From: Eledone cirrhosa
Lineage: Eukaryota
Length of the DNA stretch: 64,000 nucleotides
Assembly: GCA_964016885.1 (NCBI GenBank)
Contig: CAXHJY010000861.1
Coordinates: 124,001 to 188,000, forward strand
Direction of reading: 5' to 3'
The notes under the pieces were generated by a model. The model did not search any database and was not told the DNA's origin. It saw only the letters and a list, made by a program, of their open reading frames with translations. Position 1 is the stretch's first letter, and every line of letters starts with the position of its first letter. The position numbers were made by a program, and so were the translations under genes. Shown one piece after another: positions 35,901 through 50,900 of the stretch.

Positions 35901-38900
35901 CCTTCCTTGTCACCATTGTCCAGAGAGTGAGATTAGTCCAGTGTAATGCCTTCCTTGTCACCATTGTCCAGAGTGTGAGATTGGTCCAGTGTAAGACCTT
36001 CCTTGTCACCATTGTCCAGAGTGTGAGATTGGTCCAGTGTAAGGCCTTCCTTGTCACCATTGTCCAGAGTGTGAGATTGGTCCAGTGTAAGGCCTTCCTT
36101 GTCACCATTGTCCAGAGAGTGAGATTAGTCCAGTGTAAGGCCTTCCTTGTCACCATTGTCCAGAGAGTGAGATTAGTCCAGTGTAAGGCCTTCCTTGTCA
36201 CCATTGTCCAGAGTGTGAGATTGGTCCAGTGTAAGGCCTTCCTTGTCACCATTGTCCAGAGAGTGAGATTAGTCCAGTGTAAGGCCTTCCTTGTCACCAT
36301 TGTCCAGAGAGTGAGATTAGTCCAGTGTAAGGCCTTCCTTGTCACCATTGTCCAGAGTGTGAGATTGGTCCAGTGTAAGGCCTTCCTTGTCACCATTGTC
36401 CAGAGAGTGAGATTAGTCCAGTGTAAGGCCTTCCTTGTCACCATTGTCCAGAGAGTGAGATTAGTCCAGTGTAAGGCCTTCCTTGTCACCATTGTCCAGA
36501 GAGTGAGATTAGTCCAGTGTAAGGCCTTCCTTGTCACCATTGTCCAGAGTGTGAGGTTGGTCCAGTGTAAGGCCTTCCTTGTCCCCATTGTCCAGAGAGT
36601 GACACTGGTCCAGTGTAAAGCCTTCCTTGTGACCATTGTCCAGAGAGTGAGATTAGTCCAGTGTAAGGCCTTCCTTGTCACCATTGTCCAGAGAGTGAGA
36701 TTAGTCGAGTGTAAGGCCTTCCTTGTCACCATTGTCCAGAGAGTGAGATTAGTCCAGTGTAAGGCCTTCCTTGTCACCATTGTCCAGAGAGTGAGATTAG
36801 TCCAGTGTAAGGCCTTCCTTGTCACCATTGTCCAGAGAGTGAGATTAGTCCAGTGTAAGGCCTTCCTTGTCACCATTGTCCAGAGAGTGAGATTAGTCGA
36901 GTGTAAGGCCTTCCTTGTCACCATTGTCCAGAGAGTGAGTCTGGTCCAGTGTAAGGCCTTCCTTGTCACCATTGTCCAGAGAGTGAGATTAGTCCAGTGT
37001 AAGGCCTTCCTTGTCACCATTGTCCAGAGTGTGAGATTGGTCCAGTGTAAGGCCTTCCTTGTCACCATTGTCCAGAGAGTGAGATTAGTCCAGTGTAAGG
37101 CCTTCCTTGTCACCATTGTCCAGAGAGTGAGATTAGTCCAGTGTAAGGCCTTCCTTGTCACCATTGTCCAGAGAGTGAGATTAGTCCAGTGTAAGGCCTT
37201 CCTTGTCACCATTGTCCAGAGAGTGAGATTAGTCGAGTGTAAGGCCTTCCTTGTCACCATTGTCCAGAGAGTGAGATTAGTCCAGTGTAAGGCCTTCCTT
37301 GTCACCATTGTCCAGAGAGTGAGATTAGTCGAGTGTAAGGCCTTCCTTGTCACCATTGTCCAGAGAGTGAGATTAGTCCAGTGTAAGGCCTTCCTTGTCA
37401 CAATTGTCCAGAGAGTGACACTGGTCCAGTGTAAGGCCTTCCTTGTCACCATTGTCCAGAGAGTGAGATTAGTCCAGTGTAAGGCCTTCCTTGTCACCAT
37501 TGTCCAGAGAGTGAGATTAGTCCAGTGTAAGGCCTTCCTTGTCACCATTGTCCAGAGAGTGAGATTAGTCGAGTGTAAGGCCTTCCTTGTCACCATTGTC
37601 CAGAGAGTGACACTGGTCCAGTGTAAGGCCTTCCTTGTCACCATTGTCCAGAGAGTGAGATTAGTCCAGTGTAAGGCCTTCCTTGTCACCATTGTCCAGA
37701 GTGTGAGTTTGGTCCAGTGTAAGGCCTTCCTTGTCACCATTGTCCAGAGAGTGAGATTGGTCCAGTGTAAGGCCTTCCTTGTCACCATTGTCCAGAGAGT
37801 GACACTGGTCCAGTGTAAGGCCTTCCTTGTCACCATTGTCCAGAGTGTGAGATTGGTCCAGTGTAAGGCCTTCCTTGTCACCATTGTCCAGAGAGGGACA
37901 CTGGTCCAGTGAAAGGCCTTCCTTGTCACCGTTGTCCAGAGAGTGACACTGGTCCAGTGAAAGGCCTTCCTTGTCACCATTGTCCAGAGAGTGACACTGG
38001 TCCAGTGTAAGGCCTTCCTTGTCACCATTGTCCAGAGTGACACTGGTCCAGTGTAAGGCCTTCCTTGTCACCATTGTCCAGAGTGTGAGATTGGTCCAGA
38101 GTAAGGCTTTCCTTGTCACCATTGTCCAGAGAGGGACACTGGTCCAGAGTAAGGCCTTCCTTGTCACCATTGTCCAGAGAGTGACACTGGTCCAGTGTAA
38201 GGCATTCCTTGTCACCATTGTCCAGAGAGTGACACTGGTCCAGAGTAAGGCCTTGCTTGTCACCATTGTCCAGAGAGGGACACTGGTCCAGTGAAAGGCC
38301 TTCCTTGTCACCATTGTCCAGAGTGACACTGGTCCAGTGTAAGGCCTTCCTTGTCACCATTGTCCAGAGAGTGACACTGGTCCAGTGTAAGGCCTGCCTT
38401 GTCACCATTGTCCAGAGAGTGAGATTGGTCCAGTGTAAGGCCTTCCTTGTCACCATTGTCCAGAGAGTGACACTGGTCCAGTGTAAGGCCTTCCTTGTCA
38501 CCATTGTCCAGAGTGACACTGGTCCAGTGTAAGGCCTTCCTTGTCACCATTGTCCAGAGAGTGAGATTGGTCCAGAGTAAGGCCTTCCTTGTCACCATTG
38601 TCCAGAGAGTGTGATTGGTCCAGTGTAAGGCCTTCCTTGTCACCATTGTCCAGAGAGTGAGCCTGGTCCAGTGTAAGGCCTTCCTTGTCACCATTGTCCA
38701 GAGAGTGAGTCTGGTCCAGTGTAAGGCCTTCCTTGTCACCATTGTCCAGAGAGTGAGATTGGTCCAGTGTAAGGCCTTCCTTGTCACCATTGTCCAGAGA
38801 GTGAGATTGGTCCAGTGTAAGGCCTTCCTTGTCACCATTGTCCAGAGAGTGAGATTGGTCCAGTGTAAGGCCTTCCTTGTCAGCATTGTCCAGAGAGTGA

Positions 38901-41900
38901 CACTGGTCCAGTATAAGGCCTTCCTTGTCACCATTGTCCAGAGAGTGAGTCTGGTCCAGTGTAGGGCCTTCCTTGTTACCATTGTCCAGAGAGTGAGATT
39001 GGTCCAGTTTAAGGCCTTCATTGTCACCATTGTCCAGAGAGTGAGATTGTTCCAGTGTAAGGCCTTCCTTGTCACCATTGTCCAGAGAGTGAGACTGGTC
39101 CAGTGTAAGGCCTTCCTTGTCACCATTGTCCAGAGAGTGAGACTGGTCCAGTGTAAGGCCTTCCTTGTCCCCATTGTCCAGAGAGTGAGACTGGTCCAGT
39201 GTAAGGCCTTCCTTGTCACCATTGTCCAGAGAGTGAGATTAGTCCAGTGTAGGGCCTTCCTTGTCACCATTGTCCAGAGAGTGACACTGGTCCAGTGTAA
39301 GGCCTTCCTTGTCACCATTGTCCAGAGAGTGAGACTGGTCCAGTGTAAGGCCTTCCTTGTCACCATTGTCCAGAGAGTGACACTGGTCCAGTGTTAGGCC
39401 TTCCTTGTCACCATTGTCCAGAGAGTGAGATTAGTCCAGTGTAAGGCCTTCCTTGTCACCATTGTCCAGAGAGTGACACTGGTCCAGTGTAAGGCCTTCC
39501 TTGTCACCATTGTCCAGAGAGTGACACTGGTCCAGTGTTAGGCCTTCCTTGTCACCATTGTCCAGAGAGTGAGATTAGTCCAGTGTAAGGCCTTCCTTGT
39601 CACCATTGTCCAGAGAGTGACACTGGTCCAGTGTAAGGCCTTCCTTGTCACCATTGTCCAGAGAGTGACACTGGTCCAGTGTTAGGCCTTCCTTGTCACC
39701 ATTGTCCAGAGAGTGAGATTAGTCCAGTGTAAGGCCTTCCTTGTCACCATTGTCCAGAGAGTGACACTGGTCCAGTGTAAGGCCTTCCTTGTCACCATTG
39801 TCCAGAGAGTGAGATTAGTCCAGTGTAAGGCCTTCCTTGTCACCATTGTCCAGAGAGTGAGATTAGTCCAGTGTAAGGCCTTCCTTGTCACCATTGTCCA
39901 GAGAGTGAGATTAGTCCAGTGTAAGGCCTTCCTTGTCACCATTGTCCAGAGACTGACACTGGTCCAGTGTAAGGCCTTCCTTGTCACCATTGTCCAGAGA
40001 GTGAGATTAGTCCAGTGTAAGGCCTTCCTTGTCACCATTGTCCAGAGAGTGAGATTAGTCCAGTGTAAGGCCTTCCTTGTCACCATTGTCCAGAGAGTGA
40101 GATTAGTCCAGTGTAAGGCCTTCCTTGTCACCATTGTCCAGAGAGTGAGATTAGTCCAGTGTAAGGCCTTCCTTGTCACCATTGTCCAGAGAGTGAGATT
40201 AGTCCAGTGTAAGGCCTTCCTTGTCACCATTGTCCAGAGAGTGAGATTAGTCGAGTGTAAGGCCTTCCTTGTCACCATTGTCCAGAGAGTGAGATTAGTC
40301 CAGTGTAAGGCCTTCCTTGTCACCATTGTCCAGAGAGTGAGATTAGTCCAGTGTAAGGCCTTCCTTGTCACCATTGTCCAGAGTGTGAGATTGGTCCAGT
40401 GTAAGGCCTTCCTTGTCACCATTGTTCAGAGTGTGAGATTAGTCCAGTGTAAGGCCTTCCTTGTCACCATTGTCCAGAGAGTGAGATTAGTCCAGTGTAA
40501 GGCCTTCCTTGTCACCATTGTCCAGAGAGTGAGATTAGTCCAGTGTAAGGCCTTCCTTGTCACCATTGTCCAGAGAGTGAGATTAGTCCAGTGTAAGGCC
40601 TTCCTTGTCACCATTGTCCAGAGAGTGAGATTAGTCCAGTGTAAGGCCTTCCTTGTCACCATTGTCCAGAGAGTGAGATTAGTCCAGTGTAAGGCCTTCC
40701 TTGTCACCATTGTCCAGAGAGTGAGATTAGTCCAGTGTAAGGCCTTCCTTGTCACCATTGTCCAGAGAGTGAGATTAGTCCAGTGTAAGGCCTTCCTTGT
40801 CACCATTGTCCAGAGTGTGAGATTGGTCCAGTGTAAGGCCTTCCTTGTCACCATTGTTCAGAGTGTGAGATTAGTCCAGTGTAAGGCCTTCCTTGTCACC
40901 ATTGTCCAGAGAGTGAGATTAGTCCAGTGTAAGGCCTTCCTTGTCACCATTGTCCAGAGAGTGAGATTAGTCCAGTGTAAGGCCTTCCTTGTCACCATTG
41001 TCCAGAGTGTGAGATTGGTCCAGTGTAAGGCCTTCCTTGTCACCATTGTCCAGAGAGTGAGATTAGTCCAGTGTAAGGCCTTCCTTGTCACCATTGTCCA
41101 GAGGGTGAGATTAGTCGAGTGTAAGGCCTTCCTTGTCACCATTGTCCAGAGAGTGAGATTAGTCCAGTGTAAGGCCTTCCTTGTCACCATTGTCCAGAGA
41201 GTGACACTGGTCCAGTGTAAGGCCTTCTTTGTCACCATTGTCCAGAGAGTGAGATTAGTCCAGTGTAAGGCCTTCCTTGTCACCATTGTCCAGAGAGTGA
41301 GATTAGTCGAGTGTAAGGCCTTCCTTGTCACCATTGTCCTGAGAGTGAGTCTGGTCCAGTGTAAGGCCTTCCTTGTCACCATTGTCCAGAGAGTGAGATT
41401 AGTCCAGTGTAAGGCCTTCCTTGTCACCATTGTCCAGAGGGTGAGATTAGTCGAGTGTAAGGCCTTCCTTGTCACCATTGTCCAGAGAGTGAGATTAGTC
41501 CAGTGTAAGGCCTTCCTTGTCACCATTGTCCAGAGAGTGACACTGGTCCAGTGTAAGGCCTTCTTTGTCACCATTGTCCAGAGAGTGAGATTAGTCCAGT
41601 GTAAGGCCTTCCTTGTCACCATTGTCCAGAGAGTGAGATTAGTCGAGTGTAAGGCCTTCCTTGTCACCATTGTCCTGAGAGTGAGACTGGTCCAGTGTAA
41701 GGCCTTCCTTGTCACCATTGTCCAGAGAGTGAGACTGGTCCAGTGTAGGGCCTTCCTTGTCACCATTGTCCAGAGAGTGAGACTGGTCCAGTGTAAGGCC
41801 TTCCTTGTCCCCATTGTTCAGAGAGTGAGACTGGTCCAGTGTAAGGCCTTCCTTGTCCCCATTGTCCAGAGAGTGAGATTAGTCCAGTTTAAGGCCTTCC

Positions 41901-44900
41901 TTGTCACCATTGTTCAGAGAGTGAGACTGGTCCAGTGTAAGGCCTTCCTTGTCCCCATTGTCCAGAGAGTGAGATTAGTCCAGTTTAAGGCCTTCCTTGT
42001 CACCATTGTTCAGAGAGTGAGACTGGTCCAGTGTAAGGCCTTCCTTGTCACCATTGTTCAGAGAGTGAGATTAGTCCAGTTTAAGGCCTTCCTTGTCACC
42101 ATTGTCCTGAGAGTGAGTCTGGTCCAGTGTAGGGCCTTCCTTGTCACCATTGTCCAGAGAGTGAGACTGGTCCAGTGTAAGGCCTTCCTTGTCCCCATTG
42201 TTCAGAGAGTGAGACTGGTCCAGTGTAAGGCCTTCCTTGTCACCATTGTCCAGAGAGTGAGACTGGTCCAGTGTAGGGCCTTCCTTGTCACCATTGTCCA
42301 GAGAGTGAGACTGGTCCAGTGTAAGGCCTTCCTTGTCCCCATTGTTCAGAGAGTGAGACTGGTCCAGTGTAAGGCCTTCCTTGTCACCATTGTCCAGAGA
42401 GTGAGATTAGTCCAGTGTAAGGCCTTCCTTGTCACCATTGTCCAGAGAGTGAGATTAGTCCAGTGTAAGGCCTTCCCTGTCACCATTGTCCAGAGTGTGA
42501 GGCTGGTCCAGTGTAAGGCCTTCCTTGTCACCATTGTCCAGAGAGTGAGATTGGTCCAGTGTAAGGCCTTCCTTGTCACCATTGTCCAGAGAGTGACACT
42601 GGTCCAGTGTAAGGCCTTCCTTGTCACCATTGTCCAGAGTGTGAGATTGGTCCAGTGTAAGGCCTTCCTTGTCACCATTGTCCAGAGAGGGACACTGGTC
42701 CAGTGAAAGGCCTTCCTTGTCACCATTGTCCAGAGAGTGACACTGGTCCAGAGTAAGGCCTTCCTTGTCACCATTGTCCAGAGAGTGACACTGGTCCAGT
42801 GTAAGGCCTTCCTTGTCACCATTGTCCAGAGAGTGACACTGGTCCAGAGTAAGGCCTTGCTTGTAACCATTGTCCAGAGAGGGACACTGGTCCAGTGAAA
42901 GGCCTTCCTTGTCACCATTGTCCAGGGTGACACTGGTCCAGTGTAAGGCCTTCCTTGTCACCATTGTCCAGAGAGTGACACTGGTCCAGTGTAAGGCCTG
43001 CCTTGTCACCATTGTCCAGAGAGTGAGATTGGTCCAGTGTAAGGCCTTCCTTGTCACCATTGTCCAGAGAGTGACACTGGTCCAGTGTAAGGCCTTCCTT
43101 GTCACCATTGTCCAGAGTGACACTGGTCCAGTGTAAGGCCTTCCTTGTCACCATTGTCCAGAGAGTGAGATTGGTCCAGAGTAAGGCCTTCCTTGTCACC
43201 ATTGTCCAGAGAGTGTGATTGGTCCAGTGTAAGGCCTTCCTTGTCACCATTGTCCAGAGAGTGAGATTGGTCCAGTGTAAGGCCTTCCTTGTCACCATTG
43301 TCCAGAGAGTGAGATTGGTCCAGTGTAAGGCCTTCCTTGTCACCATTGTCCAGAGAGTGAGATTGGTCCAGAGTAAGGCCTTCCTTGTCACCATTGTCCA
43401 GAGAGTGTGATTGGTCCAGTGTAAGGCCTTCCTTGTCACCATTGTCCAGAGAGTGAGATTGGTCCAGTGTAAGGCCTTCCTTGTCACCATTGTCCAGAGA
43501 GTGAGATTGGTCCAGTGTAAGGCCTTCCTTGTCACCATTGTCCAGAGAGTGAGATTGGTCCAGTGTAAGGCCTTCCTTGTCACCATTGTCCAGAGAGTGA
43601 GATTGGTCCAGTGTAAGGCCTTCCTTGTCACCATTGTCCAGAGAGTGAGACTGGTCCAGTGTAAGGCCTTCCTTGTCACCATTGTCCAGAGAGTGAGACT
43701 GGTCCAGTGTAGGGCCTTCCTTGTCACCATTGTCCAGAGAGTGAGACTGGTCCAGTGTAAGGCCTTCCTTGTCCCCATTGTCCAGAGAGTGAGACTGGTC
43801 CAGTGTAAGGCCTTCCTTGTCACCATTGTCCAGAGAGTGACACTGGTCCAGTGTTAGGCCTTCCTTGTCACCATTGTCCAGAGAGTGACACTGGTCCAGT
43901 GTAAGGCCTTCCTTGTCACCATTGTCCAGAGAGTGAGATTAGTCCAGTGTAGGGCCTTCCTTGTCACCATTGTCCAGAGAGTGAGATTGGTCCAGTGTAA
44001 GGCCTTCCTTGTCACCATTGTCCAGAGAGTGACACTGGTCCAGTGTTAGGCCTTCCTTGTCACCATTGTCCAGAGAGTGACACTGGTCCAGTGTAAGGCC
44101 TTCCTTGTCACCATTGTCCAGAGAGTGAGATTAGTCCAGTGTAGGGCCTTCCTTGTCACCATTGTCCAGAGAGTGAGATTAGTCCAGTGTAGGGCCTTCC
44201 TTGTCACCATTGTCCAGAGAGTGAGATTGGTCCAGTGTAAGGCCTTCCTTGTCACCATTGTCCAGAGAGTGACACTGGTCCAGTGTTAGGCCTTCCTTGT
44301 CACCATTGTCCAGAGAGTGACACTGGTCCAGTGTAAGGCCTTCCTTGTCACCATTGTCCAGAGAGTGAGATTGGTCCAGTGTAAGGCCTTCCTTGTCACC
44401 ATTGTCCAGAGAGTGACACTGGTCCAGTGTTAGGCCTTCCTTGTCACCATTGTCCAGAGAGTGACACTGGTCCAGTGTAAGGCCTTCCTTGTCACCATTG
44501 TCCAGAGAGTGAGATTAGTCCAGTGTAGGGCCTTCCTTGTCACCATTGTCCAGAGACTGACACTGGTCCAGTGTAAGGCCTTCCTTGTCACCATTGTCCA
44601 GAGAGTGAGACTGGTCCAGTGTAAGGCCTTCCTTGTCACCATTGTCCAGAGAGTGACACTGGTCCAGTGTTAGGCCTTCCTTGTCACCATTGTCCAGAGA
44701 GTGACACTGGTCCAGTGTAAGGCCTTCCTTGTCACCATTGTCCAGAGAGTGAGATTAGTCCAGTGTAGGGCCTTCCTTGTCACCATTGTCCAGAGACTGA
44801 CACTGGTCCAGTGTAAGGCCTTCCTTGTCACCATTGTCCAGAGAGTGAGACTGGTCCAGTGTAAGGCCTTCCTTGTCACCATTGTCCAGAGAGTGAGATT

Positions 44901-47900
44901 AGTCCAGTGTAGGGCCTTCCTTGTCACCATTGTCCAGAGAGTGACACTGGTCCAGTGTAAGGCCTTCCTTGTCACCATTGTCCAGAGAGTGAGACTGGTC
45001 CAGTGTAAGGCCATCCTTGTCACCATTGTCCAGAGAGTGACACTGGTCCAGTGTTAGGCCTTCCTTGTCACCATTGTCCAGAGAGTGACACTGGTCCAGT
45101 GTAAGGCCTTCCTTGTCACCATTGTCCAGAGAGTGAGATTAGTCCAGTGTAGGGCCTTCCTTGTCACCATTGTCCAGAGAGTGAGACTGGTCCAGTGTAA
45201 GGCCATCCTTGTCACCATTGTCCAGAGAGTGAGACTGGTCCAGTGTTAGGCCTTCCTTGTCACCATTGTCCAGAGAGTGAGATTAGTCCAGTGTAGGGCC
45301 TTCCTTGTCACCATTGTCCAGAGAGTGACACTGGTCCAGTGGAAGGCCTTCCTTGTCACCATTGTCCAGAGAGTGAGATTAGTCCAGTGTAGGGCCTTCC
45401 TTGTCACCATTGTCCAGAGAGTGACACTGGTCCAGTGGAAGGCCTTCCTTGTCACCATTGTCCAGAGAGTGAGATTAGTCCAGTGTAGGGCCTTCCTTGT
45501 CACCATTGTCCAGAGAGTGACACTGGTCCAGTGTAAGGCCTTCCTTGTCACCATTGTCCAGAGAGTGAGATTAGTCCAGTGTAGGGCCTTCCTTGTCACC
45601 ATTGTCCAGAGAGTGACACTGGTCCAGTGTAAGGCCTTCCTTGTCACCATTGTCCAGAGAGTGAGACTGGTCCAGTGTAAGGCCATCCTTGTCACCATTG
45701 TCCAGAGAGTGAGACTGGTCCAGTGTTAGGCCTTCCTTGTCACCATTGTCCAGAGAGTGAGATTAGTCCAGTGTAGGGCCTTCCTTGTCACCATTGTCCA
45801 GAGAGTGACACTGGTCCAGTGGAAGGCCTTCCTTGTCACCATTGTCCAGAGAGTGAGATTAGTCCAGTGTAGGGCCTTCCTTGTCACCATTGTCCAGAGA
45901 GTGACACTGGTCCAGTGGAAGGCCTTCCTTGTCACCATTGTCCAGAGAGTGAGATTAGTCCAGTGTAGGGCCTTCCTTGTCACCATTGTCCAGAGAGTGA
46001 CACTGGTCCAGTGTAAGGCCTTCCTTGTCACCATTGTCCAGAGAGTGAGATTAGTCCAGTGTAGGGCCTTCCTTGTCACCATTGTCCAGAGAGTGACACT
46101 GGTCCAGTGGAAGGCCTTCCTTGTCACCATTGTCCAGAGAGTGAGACTGGTCCAGTGTAAGGCCCTCCTTGTATGCATTGTCCAGAGAGTGACACTGGTC
46201 CAGTGTAAGCCCTTCCTTGTCACCATTGTCCAGAGAGTGAGACTGGTCCAGTGTAAGGCCTTCCTTGTCACCATTGTCCAGAGAGTGAGACTGGTCCAGT
46301 GTAAGGCCTTCCATGTCACCATTGTCCAGAGAGTGAGACTGGTCCAGTGTAGGGCCTTCCTTGTCACCATTGTCCAGACAGTGAGACTGGTCCAGTGTAG
46401 GGCCTTCCTTGTCACCATTGTCCAGAGAGTGTCATTGGTCCAGTTTAAGGCCTTCCTTGTCACCATTGTCCAGAGAGTGAGATTAGTCCAGTGTAAGGCC
46501 TTCCTTGTCACCATTGTCCAGAGAGTGTCATTGGTCCAGTGTAAGGCCTTCCTTGTCACCATTGTCCAGAGAGTGAGACTGGTCCAGTGTAAGGCCTTCC
46601 TTGTCACCATTGTCCAGAGAGTGAGATTAGTCCAGTGTAAGGCCTTCCTTGTCACCATTGTCCAGACAGTGAGACTGGTCCAGTGTAGGGCCTTCCTTGT
46701 CACCATTGTCCAGAGAGTGTCATTGGTCCAGTTTAAGGCCTTCCTTGTCACCATTGTCCAGAGAGTGAGATTAGTCCAGTGTAAGGCCTTCCTTGTCACC
46801 ATTGTCCAGAGAGTGTCATTGGTCCAGTGTAAGGCCTTCCTTGTCACCATTGTCCAGAGAGTGAGACTGGTCCAGTGTAAGGCCTTCCTTGTCACCATTG
46901 TCCAGAGAGTGAGATTAGTCCAGTGTAAGGCCTTCCTTGTCACCATTGTCCAGAGAGTGTCATTGGTCCAGTGTAAGGCCTTCCTTGTCACCATTGTCCA
47001 GAGAGTGAGATTAGTCCAGTGTAAGGCCTTCCTTGTCACCATTGTCCAGAGAGTGAGACTGGTCCAGTGTAAGGCCTTCCTTGTCACCATTGTCCAGAGA
47101 GTGAGATTAGTCCAGTGTAAGGCCTTCCTTGTCACCATTGTCCAGAGAGTGTCATTGGTCCAGTGTAAGGCCTTCCTTGTCACCATTGTCCAGAGAGTGA
47201 GATTAGTCCAGTGTAAGGCCTTCCTTGTCACCATTGTCCAGAGAGTGTCATTGGTCCAGTGTAAGGCCTTCCTTGTCACCATTGTCCAGAGAGTGAGATT
47301 AGTCCAGTGTAGGGCCATCCTTGTCACCATTGTCCAGAGAGTGAGACTGGTCCAGTGTAAGGCCTTCCTTGTCACCATTGTCCAGAGAGTGAGATTGGTC
47401 CAGTGTAAGGCCTTTCTTGTCCCCATTGTCCAGAGAGTGAAACTGGTCCAGTGTAGGGCCTTCCTTGTCACCATTGTCCAGAGAGTGAGATTAGTCCAGT
47501 GTAGGGCCATCCTTGTCACCATTGTCCAGAGAGTGAGACTGGTCCAGTGTAAGGCCTTCCTTGTCACCATTGTCCAGAGAGTGAGATTAGTCCAGTGTAG
47601 GGCCTTCCTTGTCTCCATTGTCCAGAGAGTGAGACTGGTCCAGTGTAAGGCCTTCCTTGTCACCATTGTCCAGAGAGTGAGACTGGTCCAGTGTAGGACC
47701 TTCCTTGTCACCATTGTCCAGAGAGTGAGATTAGTCCAGTGTAAGGCCTTCCTTGTCACCATTGTCCAGAGAGTGAGATTAGTCCAGTGTAAGGCCTTCC
47801 TTGTCACCATTGTCCAGAGAGTGAGATTAGTCCAGTGTAGGGCCTTCCTTGTCCCCATTGTCCAGAGAGTGAGACTGGTCCAGTGTAAGGCCTTCCTTGT

Positions 47901-50900
47901 CACCATTGTCCAGAGAGTGAGATTAGTCCAGTGTAGGGCCTTCCTTGTCACCATTGTCCAGAGAGTGACACTGGTCCAGTGTAAGGCCTTCCTTGTCACC
48001 ATTGTCCAGAGAGTGAGATTAGTCCAGTGTAAGGCCTTCCTTGTCACCATTGTCCAGAGAGTGAGATTAGTCCAGTGTAGGGCCTTCCTTGTCCCCATTG
48101 TCCAGAGAGTGAGACTGGTCCAGTGTAAGGCCTTCCTTGTCACCATTGTCCAGAGAGTGAGATTAGTCCAGTGTAAGGCCTTCCTTGTCACCATTGTCCA
48201 GAGAGTGAGATTAGTCCAGTGTAGGGCCTTCCTTGTCCCCATTGTCCAGAGAGTGAGACTGGTCCAGTGTAAGGCCTTCCTTGTCACCATTGTCCAGAGA
48301 GTGAGATTAGTCCAGTGTAGGGCCTTCCTTGTCACCATTGTCCAGAGAGTGACACTGGTCCAGTGTAAGGCCTTCCTTGTCACCATTGTCCAGAGAGTGA
48401 GACTGGTCCAGTGTAAGGCCTTCCTTGTCACCATTGTCCAGAGAGTGACACTGGTCCAGTGTTAGGCCTTCCTTGTCACCATTGTCCAGAGAGTGACACT
48501 GGTCCAGTGTAAGGCCTTCCTTGTCACCATTGTCCAGAGAGTGAGATTAGTCCAGTGTAAGGCCTTCCTTGTCACCATTGTCCAGAGAGTGAGATTAGTC
48601 CAGTGTAGGGCCTTCCTTGTCACCATTGTCCAGAGAGTGAGATTAGTCCAGTGTAAGGCCTTCCTTGTCACCATTGTCCAGAGAGTGAGATTAGTCCAGT
48701 GTAAGGCCTTCCTTGTCACCATTGTCCAGAGAGTGAGATTAGTCCAGTGTAAGGCCTTCCTTGTCACCATTGTCCAGAGAGTGAGATTAGTCCAGTGTAA
48801 GGCCTTCCTTGTCACCATTGTCCAGAGTGTGAGATTGGTCCAGTGTAGGGCCTTCCTTGTCACCATTGTCCAGAGAGTGAGACTGGTCCAGTGTAGGGCC
48901 TTCCTTGTCACCATTGTCCAGAGAGTGACACTGGTCCAGTGTAAGGCCTTCCTTGTCACCATTGTCCAGAGAGTGACACTGGTCCAGTGTAGGGCCTTCC
49001 TTGTCACCATTGTCCAGAGAGTGACACTGGTCCAGTGTAGGGCCTTCCTTGTCACCATTGTCCAGAGAGTGACACTGGTCCAGTGTAAGGCCTTCCTTGT
49101 CACCATTGTCCAGAGAGTGACACTGGTCCAGTGTAAGGCCTTCCTTGTCACCATTGTCCAGAGAGTGACACTGGTCCAGTGTAGGGCCTTCCTTGTCACC
49201 ATTGTCCAGAGAGTGACACTGGTCCAGTGTAAGGCCTTCCTTGTCACCATTGTCCAGAGAGTGACACTGGTCCAGTGTAGGGCCTTCCTTGTCACCATTG
49301 TCCAGAGAGTGACACTGGTCCAGTGTAAGGCCTTCCTTGTCACCATTGTCCAGAGAGTGAGACTGGTCCAGTGTAAGGCCTTCCTTGTCACCATTGTCCA
49401 GAGAGTGAGACTGGTCCAGTGTAAGGCCTTCCTTGTCACCATTGTCCAGAGAGTGAGATTAGTCCAGTGTAAGGCCTTCCTTGTCACCATTGTCCAGAGA
49501 GTGAGACTGGTCCAGAGTAAGGCCTTCCTTGTCACCATTGTCCAGAGAGTGTGATTGGTCCAGTGTAAGGCCTTCCTTGTCACCATTGTCCAGAGAGTGA
49601 GACTGGTCCAGTGTAAGGCCTTCCTTGTCACCATTGTCCAGAGAGTGAGATTGGTCCAGTGTAGGGCCTTCCTTGTCACCATTGTCCAGAGAGTGAGATT
49701 AGTCCAGTGTAAGGCCTTCCTTGTCACCATTGTCCAGAGAGTGAGATTGGTCCAGTGTAGGGCCTTCCTTGTCACCATTGTCCAGAGAGTGAGATTGGTC
49801 CAGTGTAGGGCCTTCCTTGTCACCATTGTCCAGAGAGTGAGACTGGTCCAGTGTAAGGCCTTCCTTGTCACCATTGTCCAGAGAGTGAGATTGGTCCAGT
49901 GTAGGGCCTTCCTTGTCACCATTGTCCAGAGAGTGAGATTAGTCCAGTGTAGGGCCTTCCTTGTCACCATTGTCCAGAGAGTGAGATTAGTCCAGTGTAA
50001 GGCCTTCCTTGTCACCATTGTCCAGAGAGTGAGATTAGTCCAGTGTAAGGCCTTCCTTGTCACCATTGTCCAGAGAGTGAGACTGGTCCAGTGTAAGGCC
50101 TTCCTTGTCACCATTGTCCAGAGAGTGAGATTAGTCCAGTGTAAGGCCTTCCTTGTCACCATTGTCCAGAGAGTGAGATTGGTCCAGTGTAAGGCCTTCC
50201 TTGTCACCATTGTCCAGAGAGTGAGATTAGTCCAGTGTAGGGCCTTCCTTGTCACCATTGTCCAGAGAGTGAGATTAGTCCAGTGTAAGGCCTTCCTTGT
50301 CACCATTGTCCAGAGAGTGAGATTAGTCCAGTGTAGGGCCTTCCTTGTCACCATTGTCCAGAGAGTGAGATTGGTCCAGTGTAGGGCCTTCCTTGTCACC
50401 ATTGTCCAGAGAGTGAGATTAGTCCAGTGTAAGGCCTTCCTTGTCACCATTGTCCAGAGAGTGAGACTGGTCCAGTGTAAGGCCTTCCTTGTCACCATTG
50501 TCCAGAGAGTGAGATTGGTCCAGTGTAGGGCCTTCCTTGTCACCATTGTCCAGAGAGTGAGACTGGTCCAGTGTAGGGCCTTCCTTGTCACCATTGTCCA
50601 GAGAGTGAGATTGGTCCAGTGTAGGGCCTTCCTTGTCACCATTGTCCAGAGAGTGAGACTGGTCCAGTGTAGGGCCTTCCTTGTCACCATTGTCCAGAGA
50701 GTGAGACTGGTCCAGTGTAGGGCCTTCCTTGTCACCATTGTCCAGAGAGTGAGACTGGTCCAGTGTAAGGCCTTCCTTGTCACCATTGTCCAGAGAGTGA
50801 GATTGGTCCAGTGTAGGGCCTTCCTTGTCACCATTGTCCAGAGAGTGAGATTGGTCCAGTGTAGGGCCTTCCTTGTCACCATTGTCCAGAGAGTGAGACT